Shown here: positions 28,914-39,715 of the stretch, one piece after another | Numbering within the stretch: position 1 is the first letter of the stretch | Layout: each line of letters opens with the position of its first letter | NCBI GenBank assembly: GCA_963662945.1 | Contig: OY759974.1 | Coordinates: 32,001 to 96,000, forward strand | Reading direction: 5' to 3' | Length of the DNA: 64,000 nt | Source: Arcobacteraceae bacterium | GTDB lineage: Bacteria > Campylobacterota > Campylobacteria > Campylobacterales > Arcobacteraceae | Program-made: the position numbers and the translations under genes | The notes under the pieces: model-generated | What the model saw: the letters and a program-made list of their open reading frames with translations, nothing else | Told to the model about the DNA's origin: nothing | The model's database searches: none

Positions 28914-31901
28914 TTGAGCCAAACACCTGAATATTTATATAGTGAACTTCCAGCCATTGAGCTTTTCCAAAAACTTGGATTTAGTTACTTTGACGCTAGT
29001 GTTGCTGATACAAGAGAATCAATCAGTGAGATTATTTTAGAAGATAGATTAAAACAAAGTTTATTAAAAATAAATCCATGGCTTCAAAATAACACTTTAG
29101 AAAAAGTAGTTAGAAAACTAAAAAATATTCAAGCAACAACGCTTATGGAAGCAAATCAAATTGTATTTGACCTTATCACAAAAAAAGATTCTATAACAGA
29201 AAAACCAACTCCTGAAGCTAAACCACAACCTGTTTTTATAATTGATTATGAAAATATTGAAAATAATGATTTTTTAATAGTGAATCAAATGAAATATCAA
29301 GGAAGTGTAAAAAACTCTATTCCTGATATAGTAGTTTATATAAATGGTTTACCTTTGGCAATTATTGAAGCAAAATCTCCAAAAGTATCTATTACTGACG
29401 CTATAAGCGATTTGAGTTATTATCAAGAAAATTCTCAAAAGCTTTTTTATTATAATCAAATTTGTATAGGTATGAATAAAGGAAAAGCACTTTATGGAAC
29501 TATCGGTTCACAGTTTGAGCACTACTCAAAATATAAACTAGAAGATACAAAAGAGCTTGAAGAGTTAGTTGAGAGAACCCCTACAGCTCAAGATATTTTG
29601 ATATATGCACTATTTAAGAAAGAAGTTTTACTAGATATTATTAGAAACTTCACAATTTTTGAAATAGACCAAGGAAGAACTATAAAAAAACTTCCAAGAT
29701 ACCAACAGCTAAGAGCAGTTAATAAAATCTTAGATAGATTAAAAACTGAAAATAAAGGTGGTGTTGTTTGGCATACACAAGGTTCAGGAAAATCTATTAC
29801 AATGGTTTATTTAGCTACGAAACTGCGAAGAGAAGAAGCAGGATTTGATAATCCAACTATTTTAGTAGTAACTGATAGAATAGATTTAGATAATCAAATA
29901 AGCTCAACATTTAGAAGAACTGGATTTGCTAATCCAATTCAAGCAGTTAGTATTTCAAACCTGAAAGAGCTTTTAAAAGACTCTTATGGAAAAACTTTAA
30001 TGACAACTATTCATAAGTTCTCTGAACGAGCAGAGGAGAAAAAAGAAGAGATAGAAATATTAAGTGATAAAGTAAATATTTTTGTACTGATTGACGAAGC
30101 ACATAGAAGCCAATACGGAATGACAGCTTCATATATGAGAAACTCTTTACCAAATGCAAAATTTATTGCATTTACAGGAACACCAATTGATAAAGAAGAA
30201 AAATCAACACTTAGAACCTTTTATGGTGGAAGTGATTATATTGATAAATATACAATCAAACAATCAGTTGAGGACGGAAATACTTTAGCTATTAGATACC
30301 AAACTGGAATGCCTGAATATTTTATAGAAAAAGAGCATATCAACAAAGAGTTTGATATAGTTTTTGAAGGTGTTAGTGAAAAAAAACTTGAATACCTTAC
30401 AAGAAAAGGCTCAAGTTTAGATATTTTTATGAGTGCAAGAAGAAGAGTAGAAGAGATAGCAAAACATATAATTAAACACTTTAGAGAGAAAATCTATCCA
30501 AATAACTATAAAGCAATGCTAGTGTGTCATAATAGATACCAAGCAATAGCGTATCAAAAAGCATTTTTACGCCTTAAAGAGCAAGGTTTAAATTCTTTTG
30601 AAACGAAAGTTATCATGAGTTTTGATAATAAAAAAGACCCAATTGAATTTAGAGAATTAGCAGTTGATCAAGAAAATATAAAAACTGCAATTGAAGATTT
30701 TAAACTTCCTTTTGGAAATGAACATGAAAAAGCAAAAAGTGGTGATAAAAAATTTGATAATACAGCAATTTTAATTGTTTCAGATATGCTACTAACTGGA
30801 TATGACGCTCCAATAGTTCAATGTATGTATATTGATAAACTATTAAAAGAACATACACTTTTACAAGCAATAGCAAGGGTAAATCGTACAAAATCAGGAA
30901 AAGAGTACGGTTTAGTAGTTGATTATGCAGGTATTACAAACTATTTAACAGAAGCTTTAAAAATATTTAGTGGTGATTTAGAAGCCCATGAAGTTATGAC
31001 AGATATTGAAAATGAAAAAACTATTTTAGAAAATAGACACTCTAAAATGGTTGCATTTTTTAATGATATAAAAATTGATAGATTTAAAGATAGAGTTAAA
31101 TTTGTGGACGAATCTGTTTTATACTTAGAGCCTGAAGATTTAAGAGATAAATATATTGATTTAGTTAAACAGTTTAATAAATCAATGGATATTGTTTTAC
31201 CTGATTCTTTTGCTTTAAAATTTGAATATGATTTAAAACTCTTTAACGACATTAAACTAGAAGCTGTAAATACTCATACACCTGATAAAATGTTTCTTAC
31301 AAGAGATGAAACTAAAAAAATCCAAATGATAATAGATGAGCATTTAAGAGCTACTGGTGTTCATTATTTATTACATGAAGCAATGGATATAACAGACCCT
31401 GAAGCTTTTAGAAAAGAATTGGAAAATAAAAGTGGTAAAACAAAAGAACTTACAATTGCAAATAGAATAAAACATACTATTCAAGCAAATAAAAAAGAGA
31501 ATCCTGATTTTTATAAAGATATTGCAAAAAGACTTGAAGAGTTAATCAAAGCAAAAGAAGAGGATAGAATCTCTCAAGCACAACTTCTTATAGAGTTTGA
31601 TAAGCTTCAAGACGAAATTAGAAACTCTAAAGAAGAGTGGAAAAGATTAGGACTTAGCTCACGTGAGCAATTTCCAATATTTAAAACTTTAGAAAAAGTT
31701 GTTTCAGACCCAAAAGAATTTACAATTGCAGTTTTTGATAAAGTGGGTATGTATCTTGAAAAATCAGATTGGAAAGACCATGACGATATAAAAAAAGAGA
31801 TTAGAAAAAATATAAAATCACTTTTAAGAAATAATGGAGTTGATAAAGAGTTAGTTAATTCACTCCCAATTAAAATATTGGATATTTTAGAAAATCAATG
31901 A
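28914..31901 (+). CDS. hsdR: Type I R-M restriction subunit
   Basis: Nuclease motif PDIVVYINGLPLAIIEAK, WHTQGSGKS, DEAHRS, FTGTP, LLTGYDAP, QAIARVNR; TTG start with an AAGGA SD. Confidence 0.97.
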   Translation: MSQTPEYLYSELPAIELFQKLGFSYFDASVADTRESISEIILEDRLKQSLLKINPWLQNNTLEKVVRKLKNIQATTLMEANQIVFDLITKKDSITEKPTPEAKPQPVFIIDYENIENNDFLIVNQMKYQGSVKNSIPDIVVYINGLPLAIIEAKSPKVSITDAISDLSYYQENSQKLFYYNQICIGMNKGKALYGTIGSQFEHYSKYKLEDTKELEELVERTPTAQDILIYALFKKEVLLDIIRNFTIFEIDQGRTIKKLPRYQQLRAVNKILDRLKTENKGGVVWHTQGSGKSITMVYLATKLRREEAGFDNPTILVVTDRIDLDNQISSTFRRTGFANPIQAVSISNLKELLKDSYGKTLMTTIHKFSERAEEKKEEIEILSDKVNIFVLIDEAHRSQYGMTASYMRNSLPNAKFIAFTGTPIDKEEKSTLRTFYGGSDYIDKYTIKQSVEDGNTLAIRYQTGMPEYFIEKEHINKEFDIVFEGVSEKKLEYLTRKGSSLDIFMSARRRVEEIAKHIIKHFREKIYPNNYKAMLVCHNRYQAIAYQKAFLRLKEQGLNSFETKVIMSFDNKKDPIEFRELAVDQENIKTAIEDFKLPFGNEHEKAKSGDKKFDNTAILIVSDMLLTGYDAPIVQCMYIDKLLKEHTLLQAIARVNRTKSGKEYGLVVDYAGITNYLTEALKIFSGDLEAHEVMTDIENEKTILENRHSKMVAFFNDIKIDRFKDRVKFVDESVLYLEPEDLRDKYIDLVKQFNKSMDIVLPDSFALKFEYDLKLFNDIKLEAVNTHTPDKMFLTRDETKKIQMIIDEHLRATGVHYLLHEAMDITDPEAFRKELENKSGKTKELTIANRIKHTIQANKKENPDFYKDIAKRLEELIKAKEEDRISQAQLLIEFDKLQDEIRNSKEEWKRLGLSSREQFPIFKTLEKVVSDPKEFTIAVFDKVGMYLEKSDWKDHDDIKKEIRKNIKSLLRNNGVDKELVNSLPIKILDILENQ

Positions 31902-32599
31902 TTGAATCTATAAACTATGGAACTCAAACAATAGAGTTTGAGATTCAAAGAAAAAAATCTTGTAAAAATACATATATTACAGTTGAACGAGATATTGGTG
32001 TGGTTGTTAAGACTAATATAGATATTTCAATAGAAGAGCTTAAAACACTTGTAAATTCAAAAGCTAAATGGATTTTACAAAAGTTTGAAGAAATAGGGCA
32101 GTCAATAGATTATGGAAAAATTGTAACTGGTTCAAGACTTTTTTATATGGGTAAAAGCTACTATATAGAGCTTTTAAAAGAAGATAGAATAGATTATAAA
32201 ATAGATTTTATTCACTCAAAATTCATAATAACAACTCCTTTAAATGTTGAACAAACAAAAATAAATGAAACTATTGAAAACTTCTATAAACAAAAAGCCC
32301 AAGAAAAAATCACTAAATTAGTAAATAAATATAGTGATATTATGAAGCTATATCCTGTAAAACTATATTTTAAAAACTTTAAAACAAAATGGGCTAGTTG
32401 TTCAGCTTCAAATAAAATATCTTTTAATCCTGAAGTTATGAAATTATCCTCTTCACTAATCAAATATGTAGTTATTCATGAATTAGCACATATCCAATAT
32501 AAAAATCACTCTAAAGATTTTTGGAATTTAATTAAAAAAACAATGAGTGATTATCAAAAGAAAGAAGAGATTTTAAGAGGTTTTGAAAAAAAACTTTAA
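31898..32599 (+). CDS. YgjP/DUF45 (M48-like) metal-dependent hydrolase
   Basis: KWASCS, YVVIHELAH, NHSKDFW; overlaps the hsdR stop, a common arrangement. Confidence 0.88.
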   Translation: MIESINYGTQTIEFEIQRKKSCKNTYITVERDIGVVVKTNIDISIEELKTLVNSKAKWILQKFEEIGQSIDYGKIVTGSRLFYMGKSYYIELLKEDRIDYKIDFIHSKFIITTPLNVEQTKINETIENFYKQKAQEKITKLVNKYSDIMKLYPVKLYFKNFKTKWASCSASNKISFNPEVMKLSSSLIKYVVIHELAHIQYKNHSKDFWNLIKKTMSDYQKKEEILRGFEKKL

Positions 32600-32603
32600 A
32601 TCT

Positions 32604-34028
32604 TTACGCACTTAATGTTTGATGCTCAAACAAAGCATAATCATCAGTCATACCACTTATATAATCACAAATTAATCTTGCTCTATAATACCACTCTAAA
32701 AGTTTATAATTATCTATATCAGTTATACCACTTACACTTTTTTTATAAGCTACAAGATGTTTTTTGGAAAGTCGAGAGAGTAAATTTTGACAAATAGCAC
32801 AATCCACCCTTTTATCAGCTAACAATAATTCAAACTCTTCATTACTAAGCTTTAAAAGTGGCTCATAAATATCAAATAAACCTTGGATGATAGCATATCC
32901 CTTTATCTCCAAAGCTTGTACTTGTTTGTGAGTATAAATATATCTATAAGAGATATTTTTGAGTACCTCTACAGCTTGTGAACATTCATGGGCTTTGTCG
33001 TGTTCTAATAATGCGTTATTAAAAGAACCATCAAAGATTTGCTTATGATGTTTGATATATAAATCAGACACATAGTTTACAAGTTTAAAGATAAGTTGCG
33101 CACGAGTAAGTGTTAGAAACATATTGAACTGATATGGTTCATCCTCTTTCTCTTTTGCTTTTTTATAGTTTTTTTCCACCACATCTAAAAGCATAGTTGT
33201 ATCTGTACCATATTTTTTATTGACTCGTTTTGTTTCATCAACTATAAGTTCATAAATTTTCTCTAAAGTTAAAATACCTTTATCAACAGCATCTTCCATA
33301 TCAGCACTCAAATAAGAGATATCATCAGCAGCTTCCATGATATAAGTAAGTGGAAATCTATGCCCATGTTCTATTTTTAAAGCATCTAAAACAGTATCTA
33401 CAAATTCTTTCTCACTATAGTAATACCCAGCTTTCTTTTTAAGATAAGAAAGTGATTCATCACTAGACTTGTCCTCAAAAGCACCCCTTGTGTATTTTAA
33501 CACGGAAGCTGTTTGTGTATATGAGAGATTAAGTCTTTGTAGTTTGTGGATGATTCTTATAGCTTGGGCATTGCCATCATAAGAGGAGAGATCTTTTTTC
33601 AATAGATTTTTAAGTGTGATATCTCCTCCTATATTCATAAAGTATTTATCACACACTTTCGCCATCCATTCATTGATAGCTGTTTCTCCAAAATGACCAA
33701 AAGGTGGGTTTCCTATATCATGAAGTAAACTAGCCATCTCTGCTGTTGATACAAAAGCATTTTCCATCTCAGCAAGGTTTTTATCATCAAGTTTTTTTAA
33801 TATAGTTTTAGCGATAAATCGCGATGTTTGAGATACTTCAAGAGAATGGGTAAGTCTACTTCGTATAGCTGCATTGAGTTCCAGTGCAAATACTTGTGTT
33901 CGTTTTTGAAGTCGTCTAAAAGATGGTGAAGAGATGATACGACCTCTATCACTTTCAACTGACCAATCAAGGTCAAGTATTGGATAAAATTCTCTGTGTG
34001 TTGTTAGTTTTGTTGTGTAATCTTGCAT
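32604..34028 (-). CDS. dgt: dGTP triphosphohydrolase (HD family)
   Basis: FRRLQKRTQVF, RLTHSLEV, LLHDIGNPPFGHFGE, EAADDISY, DYISGMTD. Confidence 0.93.
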   Translation of the reverse strand: MQDYTTKLTTHREFYPILDLDWSVESDRGRIISSPSFRRLQKRTQVFALELNAAIRSRLTHSLEVSQTSRFIAKTILKKLDDKNLAEMENAFVSTAEMASLLHDIGNPPFGHFGETAINEWMAKVCDKYFMNIGGDITLKNLLKKDLSSYDGNAQAIRIIHKLQRLNLSYTQTASVLKYTRGAFEDKSSDESLSYLKKKAGYYYSEKEFVDTVLDALKIEHGHRFPLTYIMEAADDISYLSADMEDAVDKGILTLEKIYELIVDETKRVNKKYGTDTTMLLDVVEKNYKKAKEKEDEPYQFNMFLTLTRAQLIFKLVNYVSDLYIKHHKQIFDGSFNNALLEHDKAHECSQAVEVLKNISYRYIYTHKQVQALEIKGYAIIQGLFDIYEPLLKLSNEEFELLLADKRVDCAICQNLLSRLSKKHLVAYKKSVSGITDIDNYKLLEWYYRARLICDYISGMTDDYALFEHQTLSA

Positions 34029-34032
34029 ATTT

Positions 34033-35517
34033 TTACTCTTCCATATTTTCTATTTGATCAACCATCGCACTATCAACAATATCTTGACTGATTTGTTTAG
34101 ATGGACTTATGCTTGATTTTTCTTTGAAAACCTCGATTTGTCGTACTATATTATCTTTTCCTGATGAAAGTTTTTTATAAGCATCATCGTATGATTTTTG
34201 TGCTTGAGTTAAATTTTTTCCAACCTTTTCAAAATCCTCTACAAAAGTTCTTACCTTACTATAAAGCTTCTCTGCTAGTCGAATAACTTCTGTTGTACTT
34301 TGTGCTTGTTTTTCATATCTCCAACTATTTTCAACTGCTTTAAGTGCAACTAAAAGTGTAGTAGGAGAAACCAAGACAATCTTCTTTTTAAAGGCTTTGT
34401 CAAATAGACCTTTATCACTTTCCATAGCTAGCATTAAAGCACTCTCTATAGGGATAAACATAAAAATAAAGTCTAAAGTATTAACCCCCTTTAACTCTTC
34501 ATATCTTTTGTTTGAAAGTGAGTCTATGTGGGTATTTATTGATTTGATATGAAGTGTTAAATAGTTCATCTTTTCTATTTCATCTACAGATGAAACATAT
34601 TGTTCATAGTTGGTCAATGATGTTTTTGCATCGATGATAACTTGTCTATCATTTGGTAAATTCACTATCACATCTGGACGGTATTTTTCCCCATCATCAT
34701 TTTTAAGTGTTGTTTCTCTTATATACTCTTCACCTAGCCGTAAACCAGAGCTTTCTAATACTTTTTCCAGTACCATTTCTCCCCAACTTCCCTGGGTTTT
34801 GTTTTCCCCTTTTAGGGCAGTTGTGAGGTTTTGTGCATCTTGACTCATCTTTTGATTGAGTTCTTTTAATGTTTTAAGTTCATGAGACAATAAACTTCTA
34901 TCTTTTGCCTCTTTATCATATACATCTTCCACTTTTTTCTTAAAATCTTGAAGCTGTTGTTTCATAGGATTAAGTATCAAGCTTAGGTTTTGAGTATTTT
35001 GTTCACTAAATTTTTTACTATTATTATCTAATATCTCATTTGCTAGGTTTTTAAACTGTTCTTTTAGCTTTTCTTCGTTTTCTTTTAGGTCTTTTACTCT
35101 TTCATCCATAGCATTTTTTTGTTCACTAAGTTGTGTTTGAAGTTGAGAGATAAGCTCTTTATCTTTTGTTGAGTTTGATTGCAAAGTTTCAAAAGCAACT
35201 TTAAACTCTGTTACCTCTTTAAGAATCTCTGCCATTCTATTTTCTTTTGCATCTAGAGAGGTTTTATATTTTGAATTTTCTTCTTTCAAAGTTGAGATAT
35301 AGCTAGTTTGCTTTTTATATTCATCTTCTAATTGTGAGTATTTATCATGGAGTTCTTTTAGAGTTGCTGTTCTTTCAACAAGAGTAGCAATATGAAGTTC
35401 ACTTTGTTGTAAATTTTCTTGTGATATTTTATATTCTTTTTGTAGTTTATTATTTTTATATACTAAAAACCCTACAATAATTACACTAATGCTAGCTAAA
35501 CTTATCAATTCTATCAA
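34033..35517 (-). CDS. rmuC: DNA recombination protein RmuC
   Basis: N-terminal TM and coiled coil, QGSWGEMVLE, RPDVIV, IIDAK, VSPTTLL. Confidence 0.93.
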   Translation of the reverse strand: MIELISLASISVIIVGFLVYKNNKLQKEYKISQENLQQSELHIATLVERTATLKELHDKYSQLEDEYKKQTSYISTLKEENSKYKTSLDAKENRMAEILKEVTEFKVAFETLQSNSTKDKELISQLQTQLSEQKNAMDERVKDLKENEEKLKEQFKNLANEILDNNSKKFSEQNTQNLSLILNPMKQQLQDFKKKVEDVYDKEAKDRSLLSHELKTLKELNQKMSQDAQNLTTALKGENKTQGSWGEMVLEKVLESSGLRLGEEYIRETTLKNDDGEKYRPDVIVNLPNDRQVIIDAKTSLTNYEQYVSSVDEIEKMNYLTLHIKSINTHIDSLSNKRYEELKGVNTLDFIFMFIPIESALMLAMESDKGLFDKAFKKKIVLVSPTTLLVALKAVENSWRYEKQAQSTTEVIRLAEKLYSKVRTFVEDFEKVGKNLTQAQKSYDDAYKKLSSGKDNIVRQIEVFKEKSSISPSKQISQDIVDSAMVDQIENMEE

Positions 35518-35589
35518 AATAAACTCCTAAATTAAATTCTTTATATTTTATCCAAGATAGTTTAAAATTAATAAGATATAATTAACACT

Positions 35590-35835
35590 ATGAGAATAGA
35601 TAAATTTTTAAATGCAGTAAATATTACAAAAAGAAGAGCAATTGCTGAAGATATGTTGGCACATCAAGTTGTTTTTATAAATGGTTCACCAGTAAAAAAG
35701 GCAAAAGAGGTAAAAATAGGCGATATTATAGAGGTAAAATACCTTGAATATACAGATAAGTTTCAAGTATTGCAAATACCAAAAACAAAATCAACACCAA
35801 AAGCTAGTCAAAGCGAATATGTAACAAAACTATAA
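35590..35835 (+). CDS. S4-domain RNA-binding protein (Hsp15/RqcP-like)
   Basis: MRIDKFL ... KRRAIA ... VFING ... KEVKIGDII. Confidence 0.9.
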   Translation: MRIDKFLNAVNITKRRAIAEDMLAHQVVFINGSPVKKAKEVKIGDIIEVKYLEYTDKFQVLQIPKTKSTPKASQSEYVTKL

Positions 35836-35841
35836 AGGGAT

Positions 35842-36825
35842 ATGATGTTTAATAAGGCACGATTAAAATTTGATGATATATTTGAAAATAGAATTCAACC
35901 AGAAGAGGTAAGAAAATATTTAATTGAACTTTATGAAAAAGGAGAAACAGCTGGAGAAATTGCAGCTGCTGCAACTGCTATGAGAGATCATATGATACCT
36001 TTAGTTGTTGAACAGTCTCTTCAAGAACAACTTATTGATAATTGTGGAACAGGAGGTGATAAAAGCAATAGTTTTAATATATCTTCAACCGTTTCTATTG
36101 TATTAGCATCATGTGGATGTAAAGTTGCAAAACATGGAAACAGAAGTATTACTAGTAATAGTGGTAGTGCTGATATGCTAGAAGCTTTAGGGGTAAACTT
36201 AGCATTAACAACATCGAAACAAATCGAAATGTTAGATAAAGTTGGATTTATTTTTATGTTTGCAGTGAATCATCATCCAGCAATGAAACATATAATGCCT
36301 ATACGACATTCAATAGAACATAGAACAATCTTTAATATTTTAGGACCTTTATCAAATCCAGCAAGTGTTCATAAGCAACTGATTGGTGTTTTCAGTCAAG
36401 AATATGTACCTAAAATTGCAGAAGCCTTGACAATGCTTAATACAAAAAGAGCTATGGTAGTTAGTTCTGAAGATGGAATGGATGAGATTAGTATTAGTGA
36501 TGTTACACATTGTGCTTTTGTTGAAAGAGGGCAATTTAATGAATTTGTACTAGACCCAAGAGAATATGGTTTTGATTTGTATCCAAAGTCTGACCTTCTA
36601 GGTGGGGATGCTATAGAAAATGCAAAAATTACAAAAGGGATACTTGATGGTTCAATTACCGGTGCAAAAAAAGATATTGTTGTTTTAAATGCAGCAGCAG
36701 CACTCCTTGTAGATCAAAAAGTAAACTCAACAGAAGAGGGTATTGAGATGGCAAGAGATGCTATAAACAGTGGTAAAGCCCTAGCAAAACTTAATGAAAT
36801 CATAAAAGTAAGTAACGAAATTTAA
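35842..36825 (+). CDS. trpD: Anthranilate phosphoribosyltransferase
   Basis: DNCGTGGD, FNISS, AKHGNRS, RTIFNILGPLSNP, DGMDEIS. Confidence 0.96.
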   Translation: MMFNKARLKFDDIFENRIQPEEVRKYLIELYEKGETAGEIAAAATAMRDHMIPLVVEQSLQEQLIDNCGTGGDKSNSFNISSTVSIVLASCGCKVAKHGNRSITSNSGSADMLEALGVNLALTTSKQIEMLDKVGFIFMFAVNHHPAMKHIMPIRHSIEHRTIFNILGPLSNPASVHKQLIGVFSQEYVPKIAEALTMLNTKRAMVVSSEDGMDEISISDVTHCAFVERGQFNEFVLDPREYGFDLYPKSDLLGGDAIENAKITKGILDGSITGAKKDIVVLNAAAALLVDQKVNSTEEGIEMARDAINSGKALAKLNEIIKVSNEI

Positions 36826-36828
36826 TAA

Positions 36829-37233
36829 ATGATTGCTACTTTAGATAATATTAGTGATATTGTACAATATTTAGATAAACAAATTGGTGGAAAAAATATT
36901 GTCGTTTTACTTCAAGGTGATTTAGCAAGTGGAAAAACAACTTTAGTAAAAAACTATGTGAAGGCACTTGGTCTTACTGATGTTGTAAATAGTCCAACAT
37001 TTTCAATACAATCTATTTATGGAAATAATATCTATCATTATGATGTGTATAACAAAACTTTAGAAGAATTTGTCTCTTTGGGATTATTAGAAGAGTTTGA
37101 AAAAGATGGTATTCACTTCGTAGAATGGGGTGATGAAAATTTAAAAAAAATTTTAGATGATTATGGTTTTGAGGTATTAGTTATCAAAATAAATAAATTA
37201 AATGAAAAAAGAGAGTATATAATTGGATCATAA
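36829..37233 (+). CDS. tsaE: tRNA t6A biosynthesis ATPase
   Basis: GDLASGKTT, SPTFS, HYDVY, VEWG. Confidence 0.93.
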   Translation: MIATLDNISDIVQYLDKQIGGKNIVVLLQGDLASGKTTLVKNYVKALGLTDVVNSPTFSIQSIYGNNIYHYDVYNKTLEEFVSLGLLEEFEKDGIHFVEWGDENLKKILDDYGFEVLVIKINKLNEKREYIIGS

Positions 37234-37948
37234 AATAGAAGTAAAAAACATTGCAAAAATGATAAAAAAAACACAAATTTTGCATGATATTAGTTTAGAG
37301 ATTAGAAGCGGAGAAACTGTTGGACTACTAGGACCAAATGGTGCTGGTAAAACTACAAGTTTTTATATAATATGTGGACTTATTCAACCAACAAGTGGGA
37401 CTATCTCTTTTGATGGTTCAGATATCACACATCTTCCTCTTCACAAAAGAGCATTAAGAGGTATTGGGTATCTACCACAAGAGTCTTCAATCTTTAAAGA
37501 ACTAACAGTAGAAGAAAATCTTATGTTAGCAGCAGAAGTTTCAATTGACGATAAAAAGCAAAGATGGGAACGTGTTGAAGAGCTACTAGAGATATTTAAT
37601 ATTGAGCCAATACGACAAAGAAAAGGTATCAGTTTAAGTGGAGGAGAGCGAAGAAGAACAGAGATTGCACGAGCATTAGTTTCAAATCCAAAGTTTTTAC
37701 TTCTAGACGAACCATTTGCAGGGGTTGATCCAATTGCTGTTAAAGATATTCAAAGTATTATTAAACAACTAACAAGCAGAGGAATAGGGGTGCTTATAAC
37801 AGACCACAACGTAAGAGAAACACTTCAAATCTGTGACAAAGCCTATGTAATGAAAGCAGGGGCAGTACTAGCAAGCGGAACAGCACAAGAGATAAAAGAG
37901 AACACTGTGGTACGAGAACATTACTTAGGGAAAGATTTTACTTTTTAA
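37223..37948 (+). CDS. lptB: LPS export ABC transporter ATPase
   Basis: GPNGAGKTT, YLPQESSIF, LSGGERRR, DEPFAGVDP, ITDHNVRETL. Confidence 0.96.
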   Translation: MDHKIEVKNIAKMIKKTQILHDISLEIRSGETVGLLGPNGAGKTTSFYIICGLIQPTSGTISFDGSDITHLPLHKRALRGIGYLPQESSIFKELTVEENLMLAAEVSIDDKKQRWERVEELLEIFNIEPIRQRKGISLSGGERRRTEIARALVSNPKFLLLDEPFAGVDPIAVKDIQSIIKQLTSRGIGVLITDHNVRETLQICDKAYVMKAGAVLASGTAQEIKENTVVREHYLGKDFTF

Positions 37949-39096
37949 TTATTGTTAATTGCTTCTTGCATTTTAATAGCTTGATAGTGTTCTTTTACAT
38001 CGTGACACCTTACGATTGACGCACCTTTTCTCACACTGTCAAGATGAATAACTAATGTTGCAGGAAGTCTTTCTTCTGTTGGAGTATTTGGAAGAACTTT
38101 TTCTATAAGAGACTTTCTACTAGCTCCTATTAAAACTTCATAACCAAAATGTAAAAAGTGTTCCATATGTTTTAGAAGCGTAGTATTATGTTCTAAAGTT
38201 TTTCCAAAACCAATACCCACATCAAGAATAATTTTTTTAATCCCAAACTCTTTTGCTTTTTGGATTTTTTGTTTAAAAAAATTATCCACATCAATCATCA
38301 CATCTTCATAAGTTGGATTATTTTGCATATCTTTTGGATTGCCTTGCATATGCATAATAACTATAGTTGCATCATATTTAGCAGTTATTTTTGCAACTTC
38401 ATCATTTGCTAACCCTGTAATATCATTTACAATGGTAAAACCACTTTGAAGTGCATACTCAATAACACTTGGAGTATAACTATCTATACTAAAAATAGTT
38501 TTTTCATAAAGTTTTTTCTCTTTGATAAGGTCACAAATTGGTCTGAGTCTAGAAAGTTCTTCTGCTTCATCGACAGCATCACTTCCTGGACGTGTTGAAA
38601 CACCACCGACATCTATAATATCAGCACCATCTTGAATCATAGCTTCTATTTTAGCTATCGCATCATTTCCTTTGAAACGACTTTTGTCAAAAAAGCTATC
38701 ATCATTTGCATTGATTATACCCATAATTTTAGTTGAGAAATGAGGAGTATTTACAAAAGATTTTAACTCTTGTGCTAAATTTTTGAGTCCAAATGGTTGC
38801 GCTAACTCTTTTCGTGAAAGTATCTCAAAATGTTTTGTAGTTCCTACAAGTATAACATCTACAAATTTTTCACGAGCTACAATAACACCCATAGGTACAA
38901 GTAAGTCTGCCCCTACAGATAAAGCATCTTGTTTTAAAATATTTGCTGCACCAACGTGAAGATTTTTTATATATAGTAAATGTGATTTTGATTTTTTTGA
39001 GATAATTTTACAGCCAGTTTCATCACTACCTATGCTTTGAAAGAGTTTTAAAGTATTTTGAATATCACTTGGATTATCTAACTTATAAAATTCCAT
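37945..39096 (-). CDS. folP: Dihydropteroate synthase with the Campylobacterota N-terminal extension
   Basis: ANILKQDALS, DSFF, STRPG, DVGIGFGK, GASRKS, VRCHDV. Confidence 0.94.
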   Translation of the reverse strand: MEFYKLDNPSDIQNTLKLFQSIGSDETGCKIISKKSKSHLLYIKNLHVGAANILKQDALSVGADLLVPMGVIVAREKFVDVILVGTTKHFEILSRKELAQPFGLKNLAQELKSFVNTPHFSTKIMGIINANDDSFFDKSRFKGNDAIAKIEAMIQDGADIIDVGGVSTRPGSDAVDEAEELSRLRPICDLIKEKKLYEKTIFSIDSYTPSVIEYALQSGFTIVNDITGLANDEVAKITAKYDATIVIMHMQGNPKDMQNNPTYEDVMIDVDNFFKQKIQKAKEFGIKKIILDVGIGFGKTLEHNTTLLKHMEHFLHFGYEVLIGASRKSLIEKVLPNTPTEERLPATLVIHLDSVRKGASIVRCHDVKEHYQAIKMQEAINNN

Positions 39097-39097
39097 T

Positions 39098-39715
39098 TTA
39101 TCGTTTCGTCATAATATTTAATAGTAAAGAAGTCAATACATTTATAGGTCGAGAGTTTAACTCAAGTAATTTCATAGAACTACTAAAACTATGAAGTTGT
39201 TTTTCATTCAATTTAATACCATTTTTATTTACAGAAAAAATTATTGATTCAATTATCTCTTTTGCTTCATTTTTATTGATTCTCTGGTGATCTTTAAGAT
39301 ATTTATACAAATCTTTTAATTCTAACTTTTTTAAATCTAAGGAAAACTCTTGAATAGTTTTTTTTGTTTTTTGATATTTCACCTCTACTCTTGAAAGAAT
39401 TGTTGGTAAAATTGAACTTTTTGAGATAGTAATGATAATAAAAATAATATTCTTAGGTGGTTCTTCAAGTACTTTTAAAAGTGAATTTTGTGCCGGTATT
39501 CCAAAGGAATTACCACAAAGTAATATGTACTTTGTTTCACTTGTCGCTATATACGCTTCTTTAATAGCCTTTTTAGCTTCATCTATAAGAAATTCATTTT
39601 TCCCTTCTGTTTCATTTCTTATAATTCTCACAGAATGTTTCGGTAAAGTTGCACTAATATCTTCAAGTGATGTATCAATATCATTTACAATAAAAAGTGT
39701 CGATTTATTTATCAT
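39098..39715 (-). CDS. holB: DNA polymerase III delta-prime subunit
   Basis: AQNSLLKVLEEPP, ILPTILSR. Confidence 0.88.
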   Translation of the reverse strand: MINKSTLFIVNDIDTSLEDISATLPKHSVRIIRNETEGKNEFLIDEAKKAIKEAYIATSETKYILLCGNSFGIPAQNSLLKVLEEPPKNIIFIIITISKSSILPTILSRVEVKYQKTKKTIQEFSLDLKKLELKDLYKYLKDHQRINKNEAKEIIESIIFSVNKNGIKLNEKQLHSFSSSMKLLELNSRPINVLTSLLLNIMTKR

